A stretch of DNA of 46,019 nt, from NCBI GenBank assembly GCA_049967475.1, contig JBMFSQ010000018.1, positions 21,433-67,451 of the forward strand, given 5' to 3'. Below, one piece after another: positions 1 through 11,092 of this stretch. The stretch's first letter is position 1. The number at the start of each line of letters is the position of its first letter. This DNA is from Chthonomonadales bacterium (lineage in GTDB: Bacteria > Armatimonadota > Chthonomonadetes > Chthonomonadales > CAJBBX01). A model generated the notes under the pieces. It was not told the DNA's origin. It ran no database searches and saw only the letters and a list, made by a program, of their open reading frames with translations. A program made the position numbers and the translations under genes.

Positions 1-1
1 G

Positions 2-1315
2 CACTTCACCGACGTCACCGCCAAGGCAGGCGTGGGCTCGCTCCGCGGCTTCTGGACGGGCGTGAGCTGGGGCGATTATGACCGGGACGGATACCTGGAT
101 GTGTACGTGTGCGGCTACGTGAAATACCACAATCCCAAACCCGAGGAGGTAGGCGCGCGCAGCAAGCAATTCGATGCAGATGTGCCCTTCACTCTGAACC
201 CCTCTTCCTACCCGCCGGAGCGCAACCTGCTCTATCACAACAACCGCAACGGCACTTTCTCGGAAGTGGCCGCATCGGCGGGTGTGGATGACCGGACCGG
301 GCGCAGCCTCTCCGCAGCGTGGTGCGATTTCGACGGAGACGGATGGCCCGATCTCTACGTGAACAACGACGTGTCCATGCACGCCTTTTACCGGAACCTC
401 GGCAACGGCAAGTTTCAGGACATCAGCACCACATCCTGGGCGTGCGATTATCGCGGAGGAATGGGCATCGCCATCGGCGATTGGGACAACAATGGCGATA
501 TGGACCTCTTCCTTACGCACTGGATCGCCCAGGAAAATGCCCTCTACCACAATATGGCGCACCAGCGGAAAGCCCCCAAAGGCCGGAGCCAGCTCCACTT
601 TATAGATATCAGTGACCAAGTAGGACTGGGGCAGTCTACCCTGGATTACATCGGCTTCGGCACAGCCTTCGTAGATATAGACAATGACGGTCGGCTGGAC
701 CTGGCCATCGCCAACGGAAGCACCTTCGAGCAGGAAGCGAACCATGCCCTCCTGGTACCCATGAAGAACCAACTCTTCTGGAACGGGTGTACCCAATCCG
801 GATACATGGAGCACGGTGGCAGCGACCGCGGCTTCTTCGAGGTGGAAGACGTAGCCGGAGATGCCCTCAAACAGCCGAATGTAGGGCGAGGTCTCGCCGT
901 GGCGGACTTTGACGGCGATGGTGCGCCGGATCTCATCGTAACGCGCAACGGTGGCCCTCCGCTTCTGCTCCGCAACATAGGGGGCGCCCGCAACAACTGG
1001 TTGTGGGTGCGCCTGCAGGGGTCGCAATGCAATCGTGACGCCATCGGAGCAAAGGTTTGGGCCACCGCAGGAGGACTGCGTCAGATGCGGGTGGTGGGCT
1101 CCGAACCGAGCTACCTCTCCCAGGATGAACTCCCGGTCCTCTTCGGATTGGGGAAGAGCGCCCAGGTGGAGAAGCTCGTGGTGTGGTGGCCGGACGGCTC
1201 TACCCAGACCTTCACCCATATCCCCGCGCGGAAGCGCATCCGCATTGTGGAAGGGCGCTCCAACTGGTCGCAGGACACAGGCTTTGCGTCGGGCCGAATG
1301 GAGGCACACCCATGA
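2..1315 (+). CDS. CRTAC1-family FG-GAP repeat protein with C-terminal ASPIC/UnbV domain (5' truncated by window edge)
   Basis: Repeated DxDxDGxxD motifs (DYDRDGYLD, DFDGDGWPD, DWDNNGDMD, DIDNDGRLD, DFDGDGAPD). C-terminal NRDAIGAKV...SYLSQ...FGLG...VWWPDG is ASPIC/UnbV-like. Frame is open from base 2. Confidence 0.85.
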   Translation, partial: HFTDVTAKAGVGSLRGFWTGVSWGDYDRDGYLDVYVCGYVKYHNPKPEEVGARSKQFDADVPFTLNPSSYPPERNLLYHNNRNGTFSEVAASAGVDDRTGRSLSAAWCDFDGDGWPDLYVNNDVSMHAFYRNLGNGKFQDISTTSWACDYRGGMGIAIGDWDNNGDMDLFLTHWIAQENALYHNMAHQRKAPKGRSQLHFIDISDQVGLGQSTLDYIGFGTAFVDIDNDGRLDLAIANGSTFEQEANHALLVPMKNQLFWNGCTQSGYMEHGGSDRGFFEVEDVAGDALKQPNVGRGLAVADFDGDGAPDLIVTRNGGPPLLLRNIGGARNNWLWVRLQGSQCNRDAIGAKVWATAGGLRQMRVVGSEPSYLSQDELPVLFGLGKSAQVEKLVVWWPDGSTQTFTHIPARKRIRIVEGRSNWSQDTGFASGRMEAHP

Positions 1316-2226
1316 GCCGTTGGGCGATCCTCGCGCTGGCAGGCATGGCTGCAGCAGTCGCCATCGCGGCGATGGCCAGGAAGGTCCATCTCGCCAAGAC
1401 CCCCGGCACATACGCAGCCGCGTCCGGCAGCGCCTCAATTCCAATCTCGGAAGCCCATCGGAGGCGGGTCCTGGAGTTCTGGTCTGTGTACCAGCAGGCA
1501 TCCGACGCCCGGCAGGCACGGCGGTGGAGCGAAGCTGCCGCAGGATACCGCAAGGCGTTGGCCCTTCAGCCCGATCATTGGGACAGCCTCTACTATCTGG
1601 GGACCGTTTTGATGGAGCTCAAGCGGTACACAGAAGCCGAGGAAGCATTCCGGCACCTTGCAGTGTCGGAGCACACAGCGGCGCGAGGGCATAGCGCTCT
1701 GGCAGAACTTTACTCCAATCCCAATGCCGGCGCCCTCTTCGACCTCCGGCGGGCGGCGGCGGAATACGAATTGGCTCGCCGCAACAATGCCGACGAGTCC
1801 GGTTCCGTGTTGAGGCTGGGTGAAGTGGCTTTGGCCCTTGGGGACCTGCCGCGGGCGGCGGACTATCTCTCCGCTGCGGCCCGAACGAACTTCAAGAGTG
1901 TGGGAGCTTTCTTCCTTCGAGGCTATATAGCCTGGCAGTCGGGAGACCGCGCCGGCGCCGAAGCGCTCTATCGGCATGCCCTAGAACTTACCCGCGTGCA
2001 GAAGCCGCCCAAAGGGGTGTTGGGTGAAGGCGACACCAAACTCGCCGGGCATGTAGCCATGGTGCTGCCCGGGCAACACGGCCTCTTCGATCAGTTCGTA
2101 GCACAGCTTTGGAAGAACCGTGACGCCTCGGAAGCTGCTATGGAGGGTGCGTACACGCGCCTGAAGATCTTCATCGCGAGCCTGCCGAAGAAGCATGCCG
2201 GGAGCAAGGGCGGGCTGCACCGGTGA
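1312..2226 (+). CDS. Tetratricopeptide-repeat protein with N-terminal signal/anchor
   Basis: ATG at 1312 overlaps the upstream TGA (ATGA). Hydrophobic N-terminus MSRWAILALAGMAAAVAIAA; TPR-like helices (YRKALALQPDHWDSLYYLG). Confidence 0.8.
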   Translation: MSRWAILALAGMAAAVAIAAMARKVHLAKTPGTYAAASGSASIPISEAHRRRVLEFWSVYQQASDARQARRWSEAAAGYRKALALQPDHWDSLYYLGTVLMELKRYTEAEEAFRHLAVSEHTAARGHSALAELYSNPNAGALFDLRRAAAEYELARRNNADESGSVLRLGEVALALGDLPRAADYLSAAARTNFKSVGAFFLRGYIAWQSGDRAGAEALYRHALELTRVQKPPKGVLGEGDTKLAGHVAMVLPGQHGLFDQFVAQLWKNRDASEAAMEGAYTRLKIFIASLPKKHAGSKGGLHR

Positions 2227-2231
2227 GCCGG

Positions 2232-2996
2232 CTACTCCAGCACGGCGCCGAACTTACGCGTGCGATGCTGATAATCCCGGATCGCCTCGATCAGCAGATC
2301 GCGAGTGAAATCGGGCCACGGGACGGGTGTCACCCAAATCTCGGCGTAGGCAGTCTCCCAAAGGAGGAAGTTGGAAAGGCGCTGCTCTCCGGCGGTGCGG
2401 ATGAGCAGGTCGGGGTCCGGAATATCCGGCGCGTAGAGGTGCCGTGCGATGTGGCTTTCGGTGATGTCCTCGGGTGCGAGGCGTCCCTCGGCCACCATGC
2501 GTGACAGGGAGCGCACGGCGTCCACGATTTCGGCCCTGCCGCCGTAGTTGATGGCGAGGTTGAAGGTGAGGCGGGTGTTGGCGGCCGTGCGCTCCATGGC
2601 TTCCTGGAACTCGCCTCTCAAGTCGGGAGGCAATTGATGCAGTCGGCCCGACACCCGCACCCGCACGCCCTTCTGCATCAGCTCCTCGATCTCGGCGCGC
2701 ATCGCTCGGAGCATGAGTTCCATCAGGCCGCCCACCTCGTGCTCGGAACGGCGCCAATTCTCAGACGAGAAGCCGTACACCGTAAGGTATCTTACGCCCA
2801 GCTCATCGGCGGCATAAACAATCTGCTTGAGGGTCCGGTATCCCTGCCAGTGGCCTTCCAGGCGGTCGAGGCCGCGGGCCTGGGCCCACCTTCCGTTGCC
2901 GTCCATAATGATGGCCACATGGGCTGGGATGCGCTCGGGGTTCAAACCGGCGAGCGCGGCGGCGCTTGGCGCATTCTGTGAGGCAGTTCTGCTCAT
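2232..2996 (-). CDS. uppS: Undecaprenyl diphosphate synthase (isoprenyl transferase)
   Basis: HVAIIMDGNGRWA, FSSENWRR, PDPDLLIRTAGEQRLSNFLLW motifs; canonical position after frr. Confidence 0.97.
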   Translation of the reverse strand: MSRTASQNAPSAAALAGLNPERIPAHVAIIMDGNGRWAQARGLDRLEGHWQGYRTLKQIVYAADELGVRYLTVYGFSSENWRRSEHEVGGLMELMLRAMRAEIEELMQKGVRVRVSGRLHQLPPDLRGEFQEAMERTAANTRLTFNLAINYGGRAEIVDAVRSLSRMVAEGRLAPEDITESHIARHLYAPDIPDPDLLIRTAGEQRLSNFLLWETAYAEIWVTPVPWPDFTRDLLIEAIRDYQHRTRKFGAVLE

Positions 2997-3022
2997 CCTA
3001 TGGAGGCTCCGGATGCCACCGG

Positions 3023-3580
3023 CTAGATCTCCATCAGCTCCTGTTCCTTGGATTTCGTGGCACGGTCAATCTCGGCGATATACTGGTCGGTAAGCTTCTG
3101 AACCTTCTCTACGGCGCGCTTCTCTTCATCTTCGCCGATCTCTTTGGCCTTGGTCAAGGCCTTCAGGTGGTTGTTGGTGTCGTGGCGGATGTTGCGGATT
3201 GCGGCGTGGCCCAGTTCCGCCTTCTTGTGAAGTTGCTTGATGAGTTCTTTGCGTCGCTCTTCTGTGAGGGGTGGGATGTTGAGGCGGATGGAGGCGCCGT
3301 CGTTGTTGGGAGTGAGATTGAGCTCCGATTTGAGGATGGCCTTCTCGATGTGCGGCAAGGCATTCCGGTCGAAGGGGGTAATGAGGAGCTGGCGGGGTTC
3401 GGGCACGGTAATGGAGGCCACTTGTTCCAGCGGCAGTTCGGTACCGTAATACGCTACCCGTATCTCCTCGAGCATCGCCGGGTTGGCTCTGCCGGTGCGG
3501 ATTTGGGTGAACTCGTGCCGGGTGGCTTCTACACTCTTTTTCATCTTCTCTTCGGCTTCACGCAGCAAGTCTTGGATCAT
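3023..3580 (-). CDS. frr: Ribosome recycling factor
   Basis: IRTGRANP, PPLTEERRKEL, IRNIR motifs; 185 aa. Confidence 0.98.
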   Translation of the reverse strand: MIQDLLREAEEKMKKSVEATRHEFTQIRTGRANPAMLEEIRVAYYGTELPLEQVASITVPEPRQLLITPFDRNALPHIEKAILKSELNLTPNNDGASIRLNIPPLTEERRKELIKQLHKKAELGHAAIRNIRHDTNNHLKALTKAKEIGEDEEKRAVEKVQKLTDQYIAEIDRATKSKEQELMEI

Positions 3581-4305
3581 TGTGTGCTCCTCCCAACCAC
3601 AGTGCCGATGGGCTCTCCGAATACGGCGCGGTGGATATTGCCTTCCTGGGAAAGGTTGAAGACCACAATCGGCAGGTTATTCTCGGCACAGAGCGCGAAG
3701 GCTGTCATATCCATCACGCCCAGGCGGTGTTCCAGGCAGTAATCGTAGCTTACCTCCCGGAAAAGGCGAGCCCCGGGCTCCTGGTGCGGATCGGCGCTGT
3801 AGACGCCATCCACGTTGGTCGCCTTGAGCACTGCCTCGGCTTTGATTTCCAGAGCCCGGAGAACGGCTGCCGTGTCCGTGGAAAAGTAAGGATTGCCGGT
3901 GCCGGCTGCCAGGATTACCACCCGCCGCTTCTCGAGGTGGCGGATGGCCCGCCGGCGGATGAAGGGTTCGGCAAAGTTGGACATTTGCACAGCCGTCTGA
4001 ACGCGTGTGTCCACCTGGAGCTTTTCCAGGGCATCTTGTAGCGCCAAGGCATTCTGGACCGTTGCCAACATGCCGATGGCATCCGCCGCTACGCGGTCCA
4101 TCCCAGCCTCAGCAGCCAAGGCGCCGCGCATGATGTTTCCCCCGCCTACCACGACGGCCATCTCGATGCCCGCGTTGTGCACGCGCGCGATCTCGCCGGC
4201 CAAATATCGGGTTACGGCAGGATCAAAGCCAAATTCGCGCTTCCCGGCGAAGGCTTCCCCGGAAAGCTTCAGCAACACCCGTTTCCACCGTGGAGCCTCG
4301 GGCAT
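3577..4305 (-). CDS. pyrH: UMP kinase
   Basis: RVLLKLSGEA, VVGGGN, GTGNPYFSTD, VDGVYSADP motifs. Confidence 0.98.
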   Translation of the reverse strand: MPEAPRWKRVLLKLSGEAFAGKREFGFDPAVTRYLAGEIARVHNAGIEMAVVVGGGNIMRGALAAEAGMDRVAADAIGMLATVQNALALQDALEKLQVDTRVQTAVQMSNFAEPFIRRRAIRHLEKRRVVILAAGTGNPYFSTDTAAVLRALEIKAEAVLKATNVDGVYSADPHQEPGARLFREVSYDYCLEHRLGVMDMTAFALCAENNLPIVVFNLSQEGNIHRAVFGEPIGTVVGRSTQ

Positions 4306-5145
4306 CTAGCCTTGTCCGACCACAAAGAGAACGAAGCGCCGGGCTGTGGCCCCGTGCTCGCGCAGAAGCTGCCCCACCTTCTTCGCCGGATCGCGAACAT
4401 ACGGCTGATCTACGAGGCAAACCCGCTCGTAGAACTTGGCCAGCCGCCCCTCTACGATCTTGGGGATGGCGGCTTCGGGCTTGCCCTCATTGCGCGTAAG
4501 TTCCGTCAGCACCGCCCGCTCTGCCTCTACGGCCTCTTCGGGAACTTCCTCGCGGCTGACGTACTGAGGCTGGGATGCCGCAATATGCATGGCGATATTA
4601 CGCGCCAATTCCGGCAGCCGGGCATCCTGGGCATCCGCTTCCAGTTCCAGAAGGACGCCGATCTTGTTGGTGACGGTGTGAATATACGTAGCTAGGACTG
4701 CTCCGGGCCGCCGGGGATAGCGGGCGAAACGGCGTACGACGATGTTCTCCCGGAGGCGCGCCAGCACGTCATCCAGGCGGTGGCGAGCCGGGGCGCCGTT
4801 CAAGGAGCGCTCCAGGAGTTCGTCTACCGAGGACGCGTCTTCTTGCGCTGCCAACTGGGCGAGATCCCGCGCGAGCGCTTGGAACTCAGCGTTGCGGGCT
4901 ACGAAGTCCGTCTCGGAGTTGAGTTCCAGCAAAGCGGCTGCGGCGTCCGTAGAGGCGGCGGCCACCACACCGTCGGCAGCGGCGCGTCCCGCACGCTTCT
5001 CGGCGCCTGCCTTACCTCGGGTCCGAAGGATATCGCGGGCGCGTTCCAGGTCTCCTTCTGCTTCTACGAGCGCCTTCTTGCACTCCATCATGCCCGCTCC
5101 GGTTTGTTCCCGCAACTGGCTCACTAATTGGGCGGTTATCTGCAT
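4306..5145 (-). CDS. tsf: Translation elongation factor Ts
   Basis: Start reassigned to MQITAQLVSQLREQTGAGMMECKKAL (ATG 5145, GGAG SD upstream); ELNSETDFVA motif. Confidence 0.97.
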   Translation of the reverse strand: MQITAQLVSQLREQTGAGMMECKKALVEAEGDLERARDILRTRGKAGAEKRAGRAAADGVVAAASTDAAAALLELNSETDFVARNAEFQALARDLAQLAAQEDASSVDELLERSLNGAPARHRLDDVLARLRENIVVRRFARYPRRPGAVLATYIHTVTNKIGVLLELEADAQDARLPELARNIAMHIAASQPQYVSREEVPEEAVEAERAVLTELTRNEGKPEAAIPKIVEGRLAKFYERVCLVDQPYVRDPAKKVGQLLREHGATARRFVLFVVGQG

Positions 5146-5173
5146 CGTATCTCTCCTTGCCGTGGTGGGGCAG

Positions 5174-6085
<912 letters not shown>

Positions 6086-6188
6086 GTTGCTCTCCTTTGG
6101 TTTTGATATCCTCCCGGCGCTTCTGCGGAGGACTGCCGGCCCAGCCGGACCCAGCCGCCCCTCGGCGCCGGTGCGTGGTTGCGTAAGC
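6086..6188 (-). promoter_or_regulatory. rpsB 5' leader, probable S2 autoregulatory structure
   Basis: ~100 nt GC-rich leader closed by a CCGGCGC/GCGCCGG stem (6114-6120 with 6165-6171). rpsB leaders are known to mediate autoregulation in other bacteria. Confidence 0.55.
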
Positions 6189-6194
6189 CGGTAG

Positions 6195-6224
6195 AGTATA
6201 CCAGAGGGCGCAAACGTGAAGCAA
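6195..6224 (-). promoter_or_regulatory. Sigma70-type promoter of the rpsB-tsf operon
   Basis: Minus strand TTGCTT-18 nt-TATACT with extended TGn (TGGTATACT). Confidence 0.65.
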
Positions 6225-6377
6225 CCGCCTTCGCTTCCTATGCGAACAAACCTCCCTGCCATGCGCGCCGTTGGCCGAAGAGCGGGGGGAACCCGCGGCA
6301 GGCAAGGTACAATTAGCTGATCCGGTTGATCGGAAGGATCCTTCCGATCTGAGCCCCTGCCTGGTGAGACGCGCTCC

Positions 6378-8114
6378 GTGCTGAACCCGCCTCCTAAACG
6401 ATGGGAATTGGCTGATCCGCCCGATCCGGTAGATCCGGAACAAGCGGCGGATCTGGCGCGTGCCGTCGGCTGCTCCCCATTTGCCGCACGCCTGCTGCTC
6501 CAGCGCGGCATCCGCACCGCCGAGGAGGCATACCGCTTCCTCCACCCTTCCCTGGATGACCTGCCCGACGCATCGCTCCTGCCGGATGCCGAGGCCGCCG
6601 CCGAGCGCATCGCGCGGGCCGTCGCACGGAGAGAGCCCATCATCGTCCACGGTGATTACGACAGCGACGGCGTTACCTCCGCCGCCCTCTGGATGCGCCT
6701 CCTCACCCGCTTGCAGGCCGATGTGCAGGTGCATGTGCCGCACCGCATTTTGGACGGGTACGACCTGAGGCGGGGCTTCATCGAGAGTGCGCGCCGGAGG
6801 GGCATCCGCCTCATTATCACGTGTGACTGCGGCGTGCAGCGCTGGGAAGAGGTAGAACTCGCGCGCTCCTACGGCATAGACGTCATCATCACCGATCACC
6901 ACCGACCCGGCGAGCGCCTCCCCCGCGCAGTAGCCGTTGTGAACCCCAACCGCGCCGATGCCGCCTACCCCTTCCGCCATCTGTCGGGAGCGGGTGTGGC
7001 CTTCCGCACAGGGGAACTCGTGGTGCGCAAATTGGGGCTCAACGTAGACACCTATCGCCGCGCCTACGTGGATCTGGCCGCCATCGGCACGGTTACCGAC
7101 GCGATGCCCCTACTCGAAGAGAACCGGGCCATCGTGTATTGGGGACTGCGCCGCATCCCCCAATCTCCCAAGGTGGGGCTCCGCGCCCTCCTCGCATCGG
7201 CTCAGCTCTTGGGGCGGCCTATCACCAGCCGGGATATCGCCTTCGGCATGGGCCCCAGGCTCAACGCCGTCGGCCGCGTGGGCGATGCCAGGGTAGCGTT
7301 GGAACTGCTGTTGACCAACGATGCAGCACAAGCCGGCGAACTCGCCAAGCGGCTGGAGGCAGCCAACTCAGAGCGCCAGCGCGCACAAAACCGCATCCTC
7401 CAAGAGGCCCTGGCTCAGCTCGATGCCGAGGACGAAGACGGGCGCACCTGCATCGTGCTGAAGGGACACAATTGGCATCAAGGAGTAGTGGGCATCGTTG
7501 CTACCAAGATCGTGGAACAATTTCACCGGCCTACGATCCTCATCGCCGCCGATGACGCCTCGCAATCCGGGAGGGGTTCTGCCCGATCCATCCCGGCGCT
7601 GGATATCCACCGAGCCATCTCGGAGTGCAGGCAATTCCTGACGGAGTTCGGCGGACACACCCATGCGGCGGGGCTGGCTCTTTCGCTGGCCGATTTCGAC
7701 AACTTCCGCGAAGCCATGAACCGTGTGACTTCGGAGATGCTCACCCCGGAAGACCTTCAGCCGGTGCTTACCGCGAACCTCAAGATAGACCCCGGCGACA
7801 CCACACCCGAACTTCTGGCGGAACTTGCCCGGTTCGAGCCATGGGGTGTGGGCAACGATGAGCCCATCTTCCTCTCCACCGGCGTCGAGGTGGCCGACGT
7901 GCGCCGCATCGGCAGGGAGGGCGAGCACCTGAAGTTACTCCTCAACACCTCGCGTGGCCAGCGTGAGGCTCTCTACTGGGGTCAAGGCGCGCTGGCAGAG
8001 ATGCTCTCGCCGGCGGCGCGGGTAGATCTGTGTTATCGCATCCAGGAAAACCGATATTCCGGCGGGCCGTCCGTGCAATTGTGCATCGTGGATTTACGGC
8101 TTCCTGAGCGCTGA
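6378..8114 (+). CDS. recJ: Single-stranded-DNA exonuclease RecJ
   Basis: DHH family motifs [40 protein letters not shown]. Confidence 0.96.
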   Translation: MLNPPPKRWELADPPDPVDPEQAADLARAVGCSPFAARLLLQRGIRTAEEAYRFLHPSLDDLPDASLLPDAEAAAERIARAVARREPIIVHGDYDSDGVTSAALWMRLLTRLQADVQVHVPHRILDGYDLRRGFIESARRRGIRLIITCDCGVQRWEEVELARSYGIDVIITDHHRPGERLPRAVAVVNPNRADAAYPFRHLSGAGVAFRTGELVVRKLGLNVDTYRRAYVDLAAIGTVTDAMPLLEENRAIVYWGLRRIPQSPKVGLRALLASAQLLGRPITSRDIAFGMGPRLNAVGRVGDARVALELLLTNDAAQAGELAKRLEAANSERQRAQNRILQEALAQLDAEDEDGRTCIVLKGHNWHQGVVGIVATKIVEQFHRPTILIAADDASQSGRGSARSIPALDIHRAISECRQFLTEFGGHTHAAGLALSLADFDNFREAMNRVTSEMLTPEDLQPVLTANLKIDPGDTTPELLAELARFEPWGVGNDEPIFLSTGVEVADVRRIGREGEHLKLLLNTSRGQREALYWGQGALAEMLSPAARVDLCYRIQENRYSGGPSVQLCIVDLRLPER

Positions 8115-8265
8115 GGCGGGCTGCACCTGTTTGGCGAAGCACTTTGCCGAAGGATGTTACCTAGGACCCGGTATAAAGCGTACTAATGAATGATGAATAG
8201 CCCTTGTGCGGCAAAGGACGCGTTCGGCCGGACCGGCGCATCCTATTAGATTGGAACCCTTACCG

Positions 8266-10542
8266 ATGGAACAGGCGGCTGTAGCGACAGGTTTCGAAAA
8301 GGCCGACGAGCAATTTGAGGCGGTATGCCGTCAGGTTACGGCATATAACCCTGCCGCCGACCTCGCCCTGCTCCGGCGGGCGTACACCTTCGCCTGTGAA
8401 AAGCACGCCGGCCAATACCGCCTTTCCGGTGATCCTTACATTACGCATCCCCTGGCGGTCATGGAGATCCTGGCCTCCCTGGAGATGGACACCCCCACTC
8501 TCGCCGCCGGCCTCCTTCACGATGTGGTGGAAGACACTCAGCTTACCGTGGAAGATCTTACCCGGCTGTTCGGTTCCGAAATAGCAGCACTGGTGGACGG
8601 CGTCACCAAACTTCGCAAGTTCGGCGCCGATCTGGAGAGCACTCTGCCGCCGCCCGGGTCCCAACCGCTTGGAGGGCCCGACGAAGCCCGGATGCGCCGC
8701 ACTGAGGACACGGTAAGGCGCGCGGCCAATCTGCGCAAGATCTTCCTCGCCATGGCCAAGGACCTCCGGGTGATGGTGGTAAAACTGGCCGACCGCCTTC
8801 ACAATATGCGCACCCTCGGCGCCATGCCCGTGGAGAAGCAGCGCCGCATCGCCGACGAAACGTTGCGCATCTATGCTCCCCTGGCCCACCGGCTGGGCAT
8901 CTGGCAGCTCAAGTGGGAGCTGGAAGACCTGGCTTTCAAGTACAGCGAGCCGGAGAAGTATTCGGAATTGGCTGCTCAGGTCGCCGCCACGCGCGCCGAG
9001 CGCCAAAATGAAGTAGACGAAGCCATCGCTCTGTTGAAGGAACGCCTCGCAGCCGAGGGGCTTCCCCACGCCCACATTACCGGCCGGCCCAAACACCTGT
9101 ACAGCATCTACCAGAAGATGCTGAGGCAGGAATTGGACTTCCGGGAAATCTACGATCTGGTGGCTCTCCGCGTCATCGTGCACACGCGCCAGGAATGCTA
9201 CAACGCTCTGGGCATCGTGAGCGCCCTCTGGCCCCCCATTCCGGGGATGTATAGCGATTACATCGCCCGCAGCAAGAGCAACCTCTACCAATCTCTGCAC
9301 ATCAAGGTGGTAGGTCCCCGGGGCAAGCCCCTGGAAATCCAGATACGCACCTGGGAGATGCACCGCACGGCTGAATTCGGGGTGGCTGCGCATTGGGCCT
9401 ACAAAGAGCAAGGTGAGGGCGGCAAGGCGGAAGACCTTTTTGAGCGCAAACTCTCATGGTTGCGCCAGCAGTTGGCAGACTGGCAATCCGATGCGCGGGA
9501 GGCAGGCGAGTTCCTCCGATCGGTTACCGAGGACCTTTTTGCCGACCAGGTCTTCGTGGTGAGCCCGAAGGGCGACGTGATTGATCTGCCGGCAGGCGCC
9601 ACCCCCATAGACTTCGCGTACCGCATCCACTCGGATATCGGCAATCACACTGTGGGCGCCAAAGTGAACGGGAAGCTGGTTCCCCTTTCCTACCGCCTCG
9701 AGAATGGCGATTTCGTGGATATCATCACCCGCTCCAACAGTGCCCCCAGCCGGGATTGGCTGGCCCTGGCCAAAACGTCCCATGCCCGCAGCAAGATCAA
9801 GGCATACTTCAAGAAGCAGCTCCATGCCCAGAATGTTCAGCAGGGCCGTGAGATGCTGCTGCGCGAGGCCGAGCGGCTCGGAGCGGACGCAGTGGCCTTG
9901 CTCAAGGAAGAGAACCTGCGCGCCGTCGCCCCATCCTTCAACGTCCCTTCCGACGAAGAACTGCTCGCCGCCGTGGGCTATGGAACCATCGCGCCGGCTG
10001 CTGTACTCCGCAAGCTACTGCCCGCCGATCCGCTTCCGCCCAAAGGAGTGGTGGTGGGCGGTAAACGCTCAGACGACACCAAACTTCGGGTGCTGGCCGC
10101 AGGCGTGGATAACGTACTCTTCCGCAGATCCCGCTGCTGTATGCCCATCCCGGGCGACGAAGTCGTGGGGTACGTTACCCGGGGCCGAGGAATGGCCCTC
10201 CACCGCGTGGAGTGCCCGAATGTGCGCCAATACGCCCGCCAAGAGCCCGAACGCCTGGTGCCGGTCCATTACATCGGCGGCGACAACCAGGTGTATAGCG
10301 TGAACCTCATCATCGAAACAATGGACCGCACAGGGCTGTTGGCCGATATCGGGGCCATCTTTGGAGAGATGAAAACCAACATCACGGCGGTTCATACGCA
10401 ATCCCACCGGGACGGCACTGCTACTCTGGGCATCGCTGTGGAAGTTAAGGATGTGGAGCATCTCAATCGCCTCTTCGTGGCGGTGCGCCGTCTTTCCGAC
10501 GTGCTCGACGTAGAGAGGGCCCTCGGGGGTCGAGAGAAGTGA
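8266..10542 (+). CDS. relA: Bifunctional (p)ppGpp synthetase/hydrolase (long RSH, Rel)
   Basis: HD domain (LLHDVVEDT, KLADRLHNMRTL), synthetase (YQSLH, EIQIRT), TGS (TPIDFAYRIHS), CC-ZFD and ACT domains. Start is 8266 (ATG) or 8206 (GTG). Confidence 0.95.
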   Translation: MEQAAVATGFEKADEQFEAVCRQVTAYNPAADLALLRRAYTFACEKHAGQYRLSGDPYITHPLAVMEILASLEMDTPTLAAGLLHDVVEDTQLTVEDLTRLFGSEIAALVDGVTKLRKFGADLESTLPPPGSQPLGGPDEARMRRTEDTVRRAANLRKIFLAMAKDLRVMVVKLADRLHNMRTLGAMPVEKQRRIADETLRIYAPLAHRLGIWQLKWELEDLAFKYSEPEKYSELAAQVAATRAERQNEVDEAIALLKERLAAEGLPHAHITGRPKHLYSIYQKMLRQELDFREIYDLVALRVIVHTRQECYNALGIVSALWPPIPGMYSDYIARSKSNLYQSLHIKVVGPRGKPLEIQIRTWEMHRTAEFGVAAHWAYKEQGEGGKAEDLFERKLSWLRQQLADWQSDAREAGEFLRSVTEDLFADQVFVVSPKGDVIDLPAGATPIDFAYRIHSDIGNHTVGAKVNGKLVPLSYRLENGDFVDIITRSNSAPSRDWLALAKTSHARSKIKAYFKKQLHAQNVQQGREMLLREAERLGADAVALLKEENLRAVAPSFNVPSDEELLAAVGYGTIAPAAVLRKLLPADPLPPKGVVVGGKRSDDTKLRVLAAGVDNVLFRRSRCCMPIPGDEVVGYVTRGRGMALHRVECPNVRQYARQEPERLVPVHYIGGDNQVYSVNLIIETMDRTGLLADIGAIFGEMKTNITAVHTQSHRDGTATLGIAVEVKDVEHLNRLFVAVRRLSDVLDVERALGGREK

Positions 10543-10572
10543 GGGCGCTCACCCCATGCAAGGTTTAGGCAT

Positions 10573-11022
10573 ATGAGGGCAGTGGTTCAACGTGTTACAG
10601 AGGCGGCGGTTACCGTAGAAGACCGGGAAGTAGGCTCGATCGGCACAGGGGTGGTGGCTCTGGTGGGCATCCATTCCGAGGACACGGCCAAGGATGTGGA
10701 GTACATTGCCGACAAGCTGGTGAACCTTCGCATCTTCCGCGATGAGGCCGGCGTTATGAACCGTTCGCTTATAGACGTGGGAGGCAGCGCCCTCATCGTG
10801 TCCCAGTTTACTCTCTATGGCGACGCCCGGCGGGGGCGTAGGCCCAGTTACATAGAAGCAGCATCGGGTGAAACGGCTCAGCGCTTGTACGAAGCCGTAT
10901 GCCGCCGGGTAGAAGAACTTGGCGTCCCTGTGCAAACCGGCGTTTTTGGTGCCATGATGTGCGTACACTTAGTCAACGACGGTCCGGTGACCATCTTGCT
11001 TGACAGCCGGCGCATCTTTTGA
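10573..11022 (+). CDS. dtd: D-aminoacyl-tRNA deacylase
   Basis: MRAVVQRV, SQFTL, NDGPVT motifs; canonical position after rel. Confidence 0.97.
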   Translation: MRAVVQRVTEAAVTVEDREVGSIGTGVVALVGIHSEDTAKDVEYIADKLVNLRIFRDEAGVMNRSLIDVGGSALIVSQFTLYGDARRGRRPSYIEAASGETAQRLYEAVCRRVEELGVPVQTGVFGAMMCVHLVNDGPVTILLDSRRIF

Positions 11023-11092
11023 TTTAATAGGCGCCGTAGTTCTGCTGCCGGCAGGGTGTGGCAGCCGGCAGCGCGCAAGGAGTGATGAGCGG

